This document shows, in pieces, positions 19,155 through 27,699 of a DNA stretch of 64,000 nucleotides. The DNA comes from Candidatus Saccharimonadales bacterium. GTDB lineage: Bacteria > Patescibacteriota > Saccharimonadia > Saccharimonadales > 2-12-FULL-41-12. The stretch spans positions 3,345 to 67,344 of the forward strand of contig JBFIJM010000003.1 in NCBI GenBank assembly GCA_041600715.1. Direction: 5' to 3'. The notes beneath the pieces were generated by a model. The model saw nothing but the letters and a program-made list of their open reading frames with translations, was not told where the DNA came from and ran no database searches. Position 1 is the stretch's first letter. Every line of letters starts with the position of its first letter. Both the position numbers and the translations under genes were made by a program.

Positions 19155-19613
19155 TTATACACCAAATTTATCAAATAAAGCATCTCCGTTGCTATCATCA
19201 TTGTCGCCATCACTATCGCCGCCATCACTATCGCCGCCATCATCGTCGGCTGATAATTTGGCTCTTATATTAACACCACCACTAACGAGGCTGTTACGCG
19301 TCGAATCCGTTACTTTATTAACTAGATCATCTGCTCCAGCGTTATCGCTTTGACTCTGATAATCCATGCTAATGACACCGTCATGTATAAATAATGTCAA
19401 TAGAGTAAAAACAAACACATAAAATGCAACTCTAAAAATACAGAAAATAGGAGTGTTCTTTTTAGGTGGATACATGTACATTACACATAGCATTAATATA
19501 GATGTTATTAGTATTGCTGTCCAAAAAGTACTGCGAAAAAAACCCCCCAAAAATTTCGTGCCAAACACCCATGTACATGTTTCGTTAATGGCTGAACCCA
19601 AAGTAGCAGGCAT
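19155..19613 (-). CDS. membrane protein with an acidic C-terminal tail
   Basis: Several hydrophobic helices and the tail DDDGGDSDGGDSDGDNDDSNGD; aatatatacgacttagta lies before the ATG. Confidence 0.6.
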   Translation of the reverse strand: MPATLGSAINETCTWVFGTKFLGGFFRSTFWTAILITSILMLCVMYMYPPKKNTPIFCIFRVAFYVFVFTLLTLFIHDGVISMDYQSQSDNAGADDLVNKVTDSTRNSLVSGGVNIRAKLSADDDGGDSDGGDSDGDNDDSNGDALFDKFGV

Positions 19614-19651
19614 TACTAAGTCGTATATATTATATTAAAGTAAAAACAGTT

Positions 19652-20938
19652 ATGAATAATAACATGTCGGGAGTTCACCAGATATATAACTGGGATGAAT
19701 ACCCCAAAGAGTCTATTGACAGAATCAAAATCATGACGGCGTATTTTATCGACATCATCTACAATCATTTGTATTCAGAGGCAAAACGTGACAAAAACGA
19801 TGGTAAAGTAAAGAGTGTAACCGAGGGGTATAAGCATGCGTTGGCAGCCTTCTCACATAGTTTTAAACAAAAAAAGTATTACGCCAGGTATATTCAAGGC
19901 ATCCACGATTATTTCAATATTAACAAATTCGGTGCACTATCTGTACAAGAACGAACGACTAGTTTAGTGAAAATTTTTATCCCAGAAGATTATTATTCTC
20001 AAATGGACAATGTAAAAAAATTCGCTATCCTAATCAATGTAATCAAAAATGCCATGAATAAACTCGTAATAGAAATTATAAAAAATCATATGAGTCGAAT
20101 CATCGACCATCATAAGGAACCTGAAAACGCTCGTATTCTTCAGGATACATTAATTAATATTTTTCTTATGGAGAAAGAAATTATTTACCTAAAGTTTGTT
20201 GAGAAAAAAACTAACATCCCAGATGATCATCGGATTGATCGAGCACTTGCGTTAAAAATGAGACAGGCATTAGGTGAAAACGTTAAGGTGATTTCCTCAT
20301 TGAAGGCAAAAATTAAATCTCTTAACACTATAATTGATTCAAATAAACAAGTATACATTGCGACTTTGCAGAAGGTTCAAACAGAAAACCAACAACTTAA
20401 GATTCAAATCCAATCAATGACTGATATACAGCGAAAAATGGAAGCCCGTTTAGTACCTGCAGAATTGTACTCAACGCCTTATCATCGATCGACCAGTTAT
20501 CGATCTTACGAACCACACGATGAACCGCACGATGAACCACACGATGAACCACACGATGAACCACACGATGAACCACTAACTAGAAATGATAATGTAGGTG
20601 TTCACACGTCTTATAATGAGGAATACGAAGATTTAGTGGATAACTCAGTCATCACTCAACAAGCTCAACAGGCTCAACAGGCTCAACAAGCTCAACAAGC
20701 TCAACAAGCTCAACAAGCTCAACAAGCTCAACAAGCTCAACAAGCTCAACAAGCTCAACAAGCTCAACATCGATCTACTCGGCAAGGGCGAACCGACACA
20801 TTCGGCTCCAGCTTGCGCAGCAAAGTGGATCCAAATGAACCAAAGGAACCAGCACCAAAAAGGAAATCTCCCCCCAAAAAAACCAAAATCTCCATCATGG
20901 ACGACACCGATTTCAACCTAAAAGATTTTATGACATAA
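19652..20938 (+). CDS. hypothetical coiled-coil protein with (EPHD)n and (QQA)n repeats
   Basis: 428-aa ORF; the repeats are at 20510-20575 and 20657-20764. Confidence 0.65.
   Translation: MNNNMSGVHQIYNWDEYPKESIDRIKIMTAYFIDIIYNHLYSEAKRDKNDGKVKSVTEGYKHALAAFSHSFKQKKYYARYIQGIHDYFNINKFGALSVQERTTSLVKIFIPEDYYSQMDNVKKFAILINVIKNAMNKLVIEIIKNHMSRIIDHHKEPENARILQDTLINIFLMEKEIIYLKFVEKKTNIPDDHRIDRALALKMRQALGENVKVISSLKAKIKSLNTIIDSNKQVYIATLQKVQTENQQLKIQIQSMTDIQRKMEARLVPAELYSTPYHRSTSYRSYEPHDEPHDEPHDEPHDEPHDEPLTRNDNVGVHTSYNEEYEDLVDNSVITQQAQQAQQAQQAQQAQQAQQAQQAQQAQQAQQAQQAQHRSTRQGRTDTFGSSLRSKVDPNEPKEPAPKRKSPPKKTKISIMDDTDFNLKDFMT
20657..20764. repeat. 12 perfect or near-perfect copies of caacaagct (QQA)n
   Basis: Direct reading; the repeat is in frame. 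Confidence 0.95.
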
Positions 20939-20961
20939 AATAATGGCAATTATATAGTATA

Positions 20962-23900
20962 ATGGACATCTTAATATTTAAACCCCCTGAGAAGAAGACA
21001 GAGGACACTACTAAGCCAGAAAGACAATTATATTATGAAAAATTGGCGGAATCTTCGAATATCGATTCGTACCATTTTGATTTTTTCTACAAAGAAGAGG
21101 TATGGGCCAGCGAAAATCGGATACCTGAAACAAACCTACCTCCGATTTTACTGAATTATATAGTGCAATTTTGCACACCAATCATTCAGAAAGATAAAAA
21201 TACCCCCTCAATTCCTGTACAGAATAAAATGCCTATAAGGGCTATCCACAATAATAGATCTATAATGATCCCATCGAATGAAGTATTTCATGTATCAGGA
21301 CTTTCACTACCATATAGAATTTATAAATACTCTGACCTATCAATTCCTATTTACTCCAGAGATTTAGGTAAACAAATCGCGGGGCTCGGGTACTCAGGCA
21401 TTTTAAGAAGCCATGATAGATATGTCAACGGGATACTTGGTAAATTTATACCGCAATACTTTAATGCTCCTAACATCATATTAAAACCCGACCAACCGGA
21501 AATATTACGTGATCTTATTGGAATTATAAGATACTCTCTGAATTATTTCGAGTCAACCATATCGTTAATGTCTACATATCTGTATCCAGGAGTATCGGCG
21601 GAGATATTTTTACCACCACCTGTGTATAATTATAATACAATCCTCGCCAAACAAACAACCAATCGAGATGATACTATTATTTTTAATAAATTAAATCTCC
21701 TAGGACCATCACATCCCAAAAGCAAGATATTACTATCTAGTATTAAAGCTATTGATGATATGAAAAAATATGATATTCAACAGAATAAACTAACCAGTAA
21801 GGATAGGAATGAACACTTGCTCAAACGTTCAATCGCTCTATCTAAATTCGGAAAAATTCAACTGGATGCCGGTCAGAAAAAAATCGTAGAAATTATCTTC
21901 AAAAGGATCAACTCATCAAAAAAAATAATGACTCCTCAAGTTGTTCTGGATCTAACTGCTGAGATTGAAGAAGGTGATATCAGATCCCTGGCAAAAATAG
22001 AAGGTATGGTTAAAGCCGGGCCTAATTCAAAACTTCTTGAAGCAAAAGACTTTCTTAAGATATCTTCACAAAATATAATATGCCCTCATGTAATTATTAA
22101 GGCAAGATTAATGCAAAATGCATCAAAAAATTCCAAGGTCAACGTCCATGGAGAAATTAGACAGCTGTTAATCGATCAATATTCATTGGTCAACGTGGAT
22201 GAAGGATATTTTTGCCGGATATGTGGGGAACTTCTAGCTGAGAACGAAAATGAAGAGTTAGTGATGTTTCTTGATGGTGATACAAGTGTCAATTTTGAAT
22301 TTGACCATTTAAAAACTGTTGTATGGAAAGAAGTAGCGCATATATTAACATCATTTGTTCGTTTTAAAGACTCTGTTAACCTTAAGATGATTGTTAAATC
22401 TATAACGGATTCTATACGAGAAGAGATAGGATTTATTGAAAGTACTCTACTAAAGATCAGAACGAATAGTAGCGATAATATCAATGATTTGATAGCCATA
22501 TATATAGCTATCTATACATATGCTATTGTGTGTCATATGATTTATAGTAATTATGGTAAAATCACGTTTTCCATCCGCAATTTTGCCCCGGTGAAGGGAG
22601 ATAGAGGCAAAGATAAAAATAAAGACAAGAATAAAGACAAGAATAAAGATAAAAATAAAGATGCCAAGGATGTACCATCCACTATAACAAAGCAAGTTGC
22701 CGACGCAGATGACGCAGATGACGAGGATGACGAGGATGACTCTCCACTCGTAAAGAAAACGGCTAAGAAAAAACTTGGTGGTAAAGAGATTTTACTAGGT
22801 AAAAAAGAAGATAGATTACGTCTTCAGAATATTTTTCAGAACGCCGTGTATCTTATTATTAAATCAAAGAATCCACTAATAAATCGCGTTAATAGTATTA
22901 GCTCTAATACAATACAACCATTATTAATCAAGGCATATAGGTGGGTTTTAACACTAAGAACATCAAAAATAGGTGAGGTTGTTAGAAAATCAGATATGTC
23001 ATACTGGTTGAGTATTGATCCAATTTATCATTACACATATTATATCCATCAGGTTGCCACCATAGCTGGCAAAGAATCGCCAAAGATAACAGATGTCGAT
23101 AAGCTCTTAGGAAAATCAGCCCAAGATATACAAGACCAAAAACTGGATTTATATGAAAATATTATCATACCTGGTCCAGAAACTATTAAAAATAAATACA
23201 TATATGATAGTTTTGTGTATGTAGCTAGGTATTGTAAAGAAAAATTATACAGTAAATCATTAGATTTCCAAGCTATTGATCTACAAAAAGAGTTTGAACA
23301 TATTTGGGCGCTGGAGAAAAATCTTGATGCTCGTAGAGAATTTAGCAAATTACGCTCCAGAGAGATTTATGAAAATAAATTACCTTGGACTCCACATGCG
23401 GTAGATCTCTCAAAAATATATTGCCCCGACGGGAAACTACATAAATTCGATATATACATATACCAACCCCTTGTTAAAGGGGTATTTAAAGGACCAAAAA
23501 AAGAATATACCATGCGACAAGTAGCTGCAAAATTAGAGGATGACGATACAAAATTTATGGAAGCCCTTGGTAAACTTGAAGTCATTGATAAACGATGCTC
23601 AATTTGTGATAGTATTTTATCGAAGACTCGCGAGGGTAATCTTCACCAAGTACTTGCCAAGATTGAGACCATTCAAAATTTCTACAGTTATTATTCGAAT
23701 AAATGCCCAGTAGAAGGTATACATAAATTTGATGTAGGTGATGCATGTGTAAAATGTAAATACACCTCAACTCTGGCTGAGACTAATGATAAAAAATACT
23801 ATGAAAAGTACTTTGGCAAATATAAAAAAAGTCTCGAAGTCGAACAAAAAATCACCTTATCGAAGGGTCAAAGTATTGTTCTAAAAAAACTCAACATGTC

Positions 23901-24711
23901 CCCCGGAAAAAAATATGGAAAATGGCTCCTGGATAATAAGAATATTATGTCCGTCGCTAAGATATTTAACGTCAAGCATAATATCTTATTTAACCTTGGG
24001 CTTAACGAAAACAGATCCTTTCGGGACGTGGAAAACGAGAAAACGAATAGATACATTGATACAACGAAAGGAGATGCTTTGTGGAGAAATCAACACTTAT
24101 ACAACTATTGTTTATTTATACTTCGCAAATATAATTTAATAAAAAATAGCGATAGGGTTATATTAAAGCATACGCTTAAGGATATTCGTACAAAACATAA
24201 ATTTGATCCTTCTAACCTCCCCGAGGTTAATGATGAATTTAATGAAAAGTATAGTTATTATAAAAAAACAGAGACATCAAAGACGTTGTCTAACTTTTTA
24301 TTGGACTTCATGTCAAGAGTATTACTTAAATTGTGGAAGTCGACTGCACCAAAAGCCTTTTCAAAAGATCTCGCTGAGTATTTAATCAACTCCATAATCA
24401 GTACGGAAAAACAAATAAGTAAGCCAGAATCTGATGAAATAGTTGTTTTCTCTAAGCAAGAGTCGTTTGTTGATATGGGATCGTCAAGCGAGGATGAATT
24501 TGAAGATGATGGTAACACAGAAATCCAAGACGCGCCCGATTTTGATGGTACTGAGACTGGATTGGATCGACTCGACGCTTCAAAAATCCAAAGCGCCACT
24601 GATGTTGAGGAAGATCAGGAGTATGAAGGAATAGACGAATTTCAGGCCGATATAGATCTTGACGACGATGATAAAGATAATATCGCTGCAGACGAAGTAT
24701 TTCGCGACTAA
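20962..24711 (+). CDS. large conserved-looking protein of unknown function with several CxxC pairs and an acidic tail. It could correspond to the ASFV M1249L minor capsid protein class, but this is untested.
   Basis: 1249 aa. Cys pairs include CRICGELL, CSICDSIL and CPVEGIHKFDVGDACVKCKY. (KDKN)n lies at 22609-22662. ttatatagtata abuts the ATG. I have no sequence memory of M1249L to compare. Confidence 0.3.
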   Translation: MDILIFKPPEKKTEDTTKPERQLYYEKLAESSNIDSYHFDFFYKEEVWASENRIPETNLPPILLNYIVQFCTPIIQKDKNTPSIPVQNKMPIRAIHNNRSIMIPSNEVFHVSGLSLPYRIYKYSDLSIPIYSRDLGKQIAGLGYSGILRSHDRYVNGILGKFIPQYFNAPNIILKPDQPEILRDLIGIIRYSLNYFESTISLMSTYLYPGVSAEIFLPPPVYNYNTILAKQTTNRDDTIIFNKLNLLGPSHPKSKILLSSIKAIDDMKKYDIQQNKLTSKDRNEHLLKRSIALSKFGKIQLDAGQKKIVEIIFKRINSSKKIMTPQVVLDLTAEIEEGDIRSLAKIEGMVKAGPNSKLLEAKDFLKISSQNIICPHVIIKARLMQNASKNSKVNVHGEIRQLLIDQYSLVNVDEGYFCRICGELLAENENEELVMFLDGDTSVNFEFDHLKTVVWKEVAHILTSFVRFKDSVNLKMIVKSITDSIREEIGFIESTLLKIRTNSSDNINDLIAIYIAIYTYAIVCHMIYSNYGKITFSIRNFAPVKGDRGKDKNKDKNKDKNKDKNKDAKDVPSTITKQVADADDADDEDDEDDSPLVKKTAKKKLGGKEILLGKKEDRLRLQNIFQNAVYLIIKSKNPLINRVNSISSNTIQPLLIKAYRWVLTLRTSKIGEVVRKSDMSYWLSIDPIYHYTYYIHQVATIAGKESPKITDVDKLLGKSAQDIQDQKLDLYENIIIPGPETIKNKYIYDSFVYVARYCKEKLYSKSLDFQAIDLQKEFEHIWALEKNLDARREFSKLRSREIYENKLPWTPHAVDLSKIYCPDGKLHKFDIYIYQPLVKGVFKGPKKEYTMRQVAAKLEDDDTKFMEALGKLEVIDKRCSICDSILSKTREGNLHQVLAKIETIQNFYSYYSNKCPVEGIHKFDVGDACVKCKYTSTLAETNDKKYYEKYFGKYKKSLEVEQKITLSKGQSIVLKKLNMSPGKKYGKWLLDNKNIMSVAKIFNVKHNILFNLGLNENRSFRDVENEKTNRYIDTTKGDALWRNQHLYNYCLFILRKYNLIKNSDRVILKHTLKDIRTKHKFDPSNLPEVNDEFNEKYSYYKKTETSKTLSNFLLDFMSRVLLKLWKSTAPKAFSKDLAEYLINSIISTEKQISKPESDEIVVFSKQESFVDMGSSSEDEFEDDGNTEIQDAPDFDGTETGLDRLDASKIQSATDVEEDQEYEGIDEFQADIDLDDDDKDNIAADEVFRD

Positions 24712-24720
24712 TTATGTGTA

Positions 24721-24728
24721 TTTTTTTT
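24721..24728 (+). terminator. T8 tract
   Basis: It lies 9 nt after the stop at 24711. Confidence 0.55.
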
Positions 24729-24738
24729 AATATACTCA

Positions 24739-25161
24739 ATGACATTGTATCAGGGTGAAGAAAAATATTCTATTGAAAAAATTGTAAATCATTCTGTGCC
24801 CTTTTTTAAATTTCTTCAAGATTCATCGCCAAAAGATCTTCGTAGAGAAATATCATGTTGTGGCATTGCTAACTCTACAGGTGATGCGTTTGACTTCTTT
24901 GTGTCCGTCAACGACGTTGATAAGCAAGAATTGCTCGATAATATGGGATTTTCTAGTCAAGTCATTCAAGTAATACATGTTTTTGAAGTATTCCGAGAGT
25001 CGTTTTTTCGCGAATGCGAAGATGTACTTGGAACAATGTCGATGCAGCGTAGAGATTTATTTGCTGAGTCGCCAAGTAAATATGTAGATTTATACATGGG
25101 ATTAACCAGACAAGAAAAAATAAAAGTTCTTACATGGGCGAGAGCTAAGTCAAGGACTTAA
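24739..25161 (+). CDS. hypothetical protein
   Basis: 140-aa ORF with taatatactca before the ATG. Its last codons are the seed of the downstream repeat array. Confidence 0.5.
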   Translation: MTLYQGEEKYSIEKIVNHSVPFFKFLQDSSPKDLRREISCCGIANSTGDAFDFFVSVNDVDKQELLDNMGFSSQVIQVIHVFEVFRESFFRECEDVLGTMSMQRRDLFAESPSKYVDLYMGLTRQEKIKVLTWARAKSRT

Positions 25162-25250
25162 GAATGCTAAGTCAAGAACTCAAGAATGCTAAGTCAAGAA
25201 CTTAAGAATGCTAAGTCAAGGACTTAAGAATGCTAAGTCAAGGACTTAAT
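25144..25250. repeat. 22-nt tandem array (gctaagtcaaggacttaagaat, 4.8 copies)
   Basis: Unit 1 is the last five codons plus stop (AKSRT*) of ORF 24739-25161. The array fills the gap to the convergent gene at 25252. Confidence 0.95.
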
Positions 25251-25251
25251 G

Positions 25252-26574
25252 CTAAAGCAAAAATTTAATGATGCTCGAAGCAGCGGCCCTACCTAATTTA
25301 GTCCTGACACGATCAATATTTGCTAACTTAGTCAATGTATCGTCATCACCAGGCATAGTCAGTAATTCTATCATACTATATTTAGTAAGTATAATTTCAG
25401 CGGTGTCTCTACTTATAAGAGGAATGCAGCTTATAATTCGCGCATATGTTCTTTGAGATGTACGTAGGTGTGGTTTTTGTATCTGTAATATTTTTTTAGC
25501 CCTCTCGCCGATGATTGCTCCGGTTGGGTAGCGTAAAGTTGATATATCTTCATATTGTAGCTCCCCCAATATCATCTGCTTTATTGTGTATTTTTTATCT
25601 ATGAACAAACTAGATGTCCTATCCGTTACATTGGTAATTGCATTCCACATTTTATAAGTAATCTCCAGGTCGGTTTTAATTATTCTTTCACGTAGTCTAT
25701 CCTCATTGGATCCACCTTCGACTGTGCTGACTTTTTGGTCACACTTCGATGTGCTGACTTTTTGGTCACACTTCGATGTGCTGACTAGCACCGACTGTAT
25801 CGGCTTGCCCTTATATTCATCACCTCCTTTAGCTCCACATTCATCATAGATGACATCCCCATCACCACCCTGATCCTCATCAAGAGCTTTATTAATCAAT
25901 ATAAATGGACTAGGGGCCAATGTTCCATAGTTCTTAGCTATCTCCATCACTCGCATAGCCGTATATTTCTTATCTTTAGAGTAAAAAACACTCATTTTGT
26001 CACGCAATACTACATGATCTAGATGAGATCTTAAGTCTTTATATCGTTTACCACCCACATATCTTAACGGGTCGGGACACGGATTACCCTCAATTAAATA
26101 TGCACAATCGCTACCAATTTCCTTACTAAACTCGACAAGACGTTTATTATTTCCTCTTCGACTATCCGTAAAGGTTTGCGATAGGTCTTTCCATGTTTTT
26201 CGCTCGATGATAAGAAGTATTCTTCCTCTATATGCGATAGCGTAATCTCCATCGCGTAGGGTTGCAATTTCATACGGTATGTTTTTGTCCTTAATTTCTT
26301 TATAGGCAAAGAATGGGATTACTTCAAACTCTCTGTAGTCGATGAGAATATATAATCCATCCTTAGATATTGGCAAACTTTTGGACTCTTCCGACGAAAC
26401 CAAGTCTTCGTCGCTACCATCATCGTTATCACTATCACTCACAAATGATGGTTTAGATTTTTGTTTATTATACTTGGGCTTGGGCTTGGGCTTGGGCTTG
26501 GGCTTGGGCTTGGGCTTGGGCTTGGGCTGAGCTCGAATGCCCTTAGACGCGAGTAGTCTTTTATTTTCAGACAT
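25252..26574 (-). CDS. ERCC4 (XPF/Mus81)-type structure-specific nuclease (ASFV EP364R class)
   Basis: YILIDYREFE ... LRDGDYAI ... LLIIERKTWKDLSQTFTDSRRGNNKRL is the GDx(n)ERKx3D signature. A C-terminal HhH-like segment reads IPLISRDTAEIILTKY. The N-terminus carries (PK)n. Confidence 0.8.
   Translation of the reverse strand: MSENKRLLASKGIRAQPKPKPKPKPKPKPKPKPKYNKQKSKPSFVSDSDNDDGSDEDLVSSEESKSLPISKDGLYILIDYREFEVIPFFAYKEIKDKNIPYEIATLRDGDYAIAYRGRILLIIERKTWKDLSQTFTDSRRGNNKRLVEFSKEIGSDCAYLIEGNPCPDPLRYVGGKRYKDLRSHLDHVVLRDKMSVFYSKDKKYTAMRVMEIAKNYGTLAPSPFILINKALDEDQGGDGDVIYDECGAKGGDEYKGKPIQSVLVSTSKCDQKVSTSKCDQKVSTVEGGSNEDRLRERIIKTDLEITYKMWNAITNVTDRTSSLFIDKKYTIKQMILGELQYEDISTLRYPTGAIIGERAKKILQIQKPHLRTSQRTYARIISCIPLISRDTAEIILTKYSMIELLTMPGDDDTLTKLANIDRVRTKLGRAAASSIIKFLL
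26473..26526. repeat. (cttggg)9 coding (PK)n in the nuclease N-terminus
   Basis: Direct reading. Confidence 0.95.
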
Positions 26575-26615
26575 TATATATTAGATAATTACGTCTTTAT
26601 ACTATACACTAACAT

Positions 26616-27155
26616 ATGCTTAGTAAACCCAAGAAATACATATTATATCTAGAATACGAAACTGATGCGAAGGTGTTTAGTAAAATAAAAAACGCATTAA
26701 TAAAGTATACTCCTGCGACGTCTATGATTTGTACAAACAAATACACAAAGATAATAACCGAGGACTCAACTACACCAGTCAACCCAATTAAAGTGATCCA
26801 AATGTTCACCAATATAAACGTGTACCCGACTGGCATCGGATATAGTCGGACGATATACAACTATATAGTTGTTAATGGAAATTTGATGGGATTCGACAAG
26901 TGGATTGAACGGACGACTAGCCAGCCAAATAAGCCGCCCGTAATTGTCGGTAGTTTGGGGTTTACTCTTATCAAAGATCAAATCTTAATAGGTGACGATT
27001 TTACTATAGGGTACACTGATATTTGTGACGAGTGGACAGTAGGATATGATTGCGATAATGAATTGGGGAGAAAAAAAGAGATAGCCCAAACATGCCCGAT
27101 AAAATGTTTAGAGATTTATTTACATAGGAAACGTGCGGCGAAAAAAATTGAATAA
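26616..27155 (+). CDS. hypothetical protein
   Basis: 179-aa ORF, longer than the antisense ORF 26609-26860. Confidence 0.5.
   Translation: MLSKPKKYILYLEYETDAKVFSKIKNALIKYTPATSMICTNKYTKIITEDSTTPVNPIKVIQMFTNINVYPTGIGYSRTIYNYIVVNGNLMGFDKWIERTTSQPNKPPVIVGSLGFTLIKDQILIGDDFTIGYTDICDEWTVGYDCDNELGRKKEIAQTCPIKCLEIYLHRKRAAKKIE
27141..27153 (+). promoter_or_regulatory. AAAAAAATTGAAT motif embedded in the last codons of the upstream gene
   Basis: aaaaaaattgaat is followed by taa; it lies 27 nt upstream of the ATG at 27181. Confidence 0.5.
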
Positions 27156-27180
27156 TAACAACAAATAAAGTTCTTGTTGG

Positions 27181-27699
27181 ATGAATACGGTAGCTGCAAA
27201 ATTTAAAGAGCAATTTAACCAGGTGCAAATAGCATATCTGGTTCAAAAATGCCGATGTGACTCAAGCACATGTACTAAATTAGGTCATTGGAGATATGAA
27301 CGTGAGGATGGCAAAATGGCTCCGATACCGTCTGGAAGATGTCTCACTTGTGGGTTACGACGCAGAAAGGTACTTGATGGAGATAATATAGATTGTTGTA
27401 TTACTTTCTACAAAAGTTTCCGCGACTGCGATGGATTCGAAGAAGGGTCAGAAAAAAATTACATATATTTTAACAATCAATTCCCTCCTCGGTGCTCATT
27501 AGACTGGTTTAAAACTCCGACATTTATTAGTATTGATGACGAAGTGCCGATAGTCGGATCGAGCTTTAGACCCGATCGTTCCATCGGATCGAGCTTTAGA
27601 CCCGATCGTTCCATCGGATCGAGCTTTAGACCCGATCGTTCCATCGGATCGAGCTTTAGACCCGATCGTTCATGTCATCCGGGTTACGTTCGTCAGTAG
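27181..27699 (+). CDS. Cys-rich hypothetical protein with a (GSSFRPDRSI)x4 tail
   Basis: 172-aa ORF. Its tail is encoded by the 30-nt array that overlaps the convergent gene. Confidence 0.5.
   Translation: MNTVAAKFKEQFNQVQIAYLVQKCRCDSSTCTKLGHWRYEREDGKMAPIPSGRCLTCGLRRRKVLDGDNIDCCITFYKSFRDCDGFEEGSEKNYIYFNNQFPPRCSLDWFKTPTFISIDDEVPIVGSSFRPDRSIGSSFRPDRSIGSSFRPDRSIGSSFRPDRSCHPGYVRQ
27555..27673. repeat. 30-nt tandem array (cggatcgagctttagacccgatcgttccat, 4 copies)
   Basis: The last copy contains the stop codon and final codons (..DRV*) of the minus gene 27656-29263. Confidence 0.95.

Noticed and set aside
20962-24711. Using the identical length (1249 aa) as evidence for orthology with ASFV M1249L
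   Set aside because: Other orthologues here differ greatly in length from ASFV (MCP 494 against 646 aa, D5 1230 against 962 aa), so equal length is a coincidence. The call is kept only as a low-confidence hypothesis.
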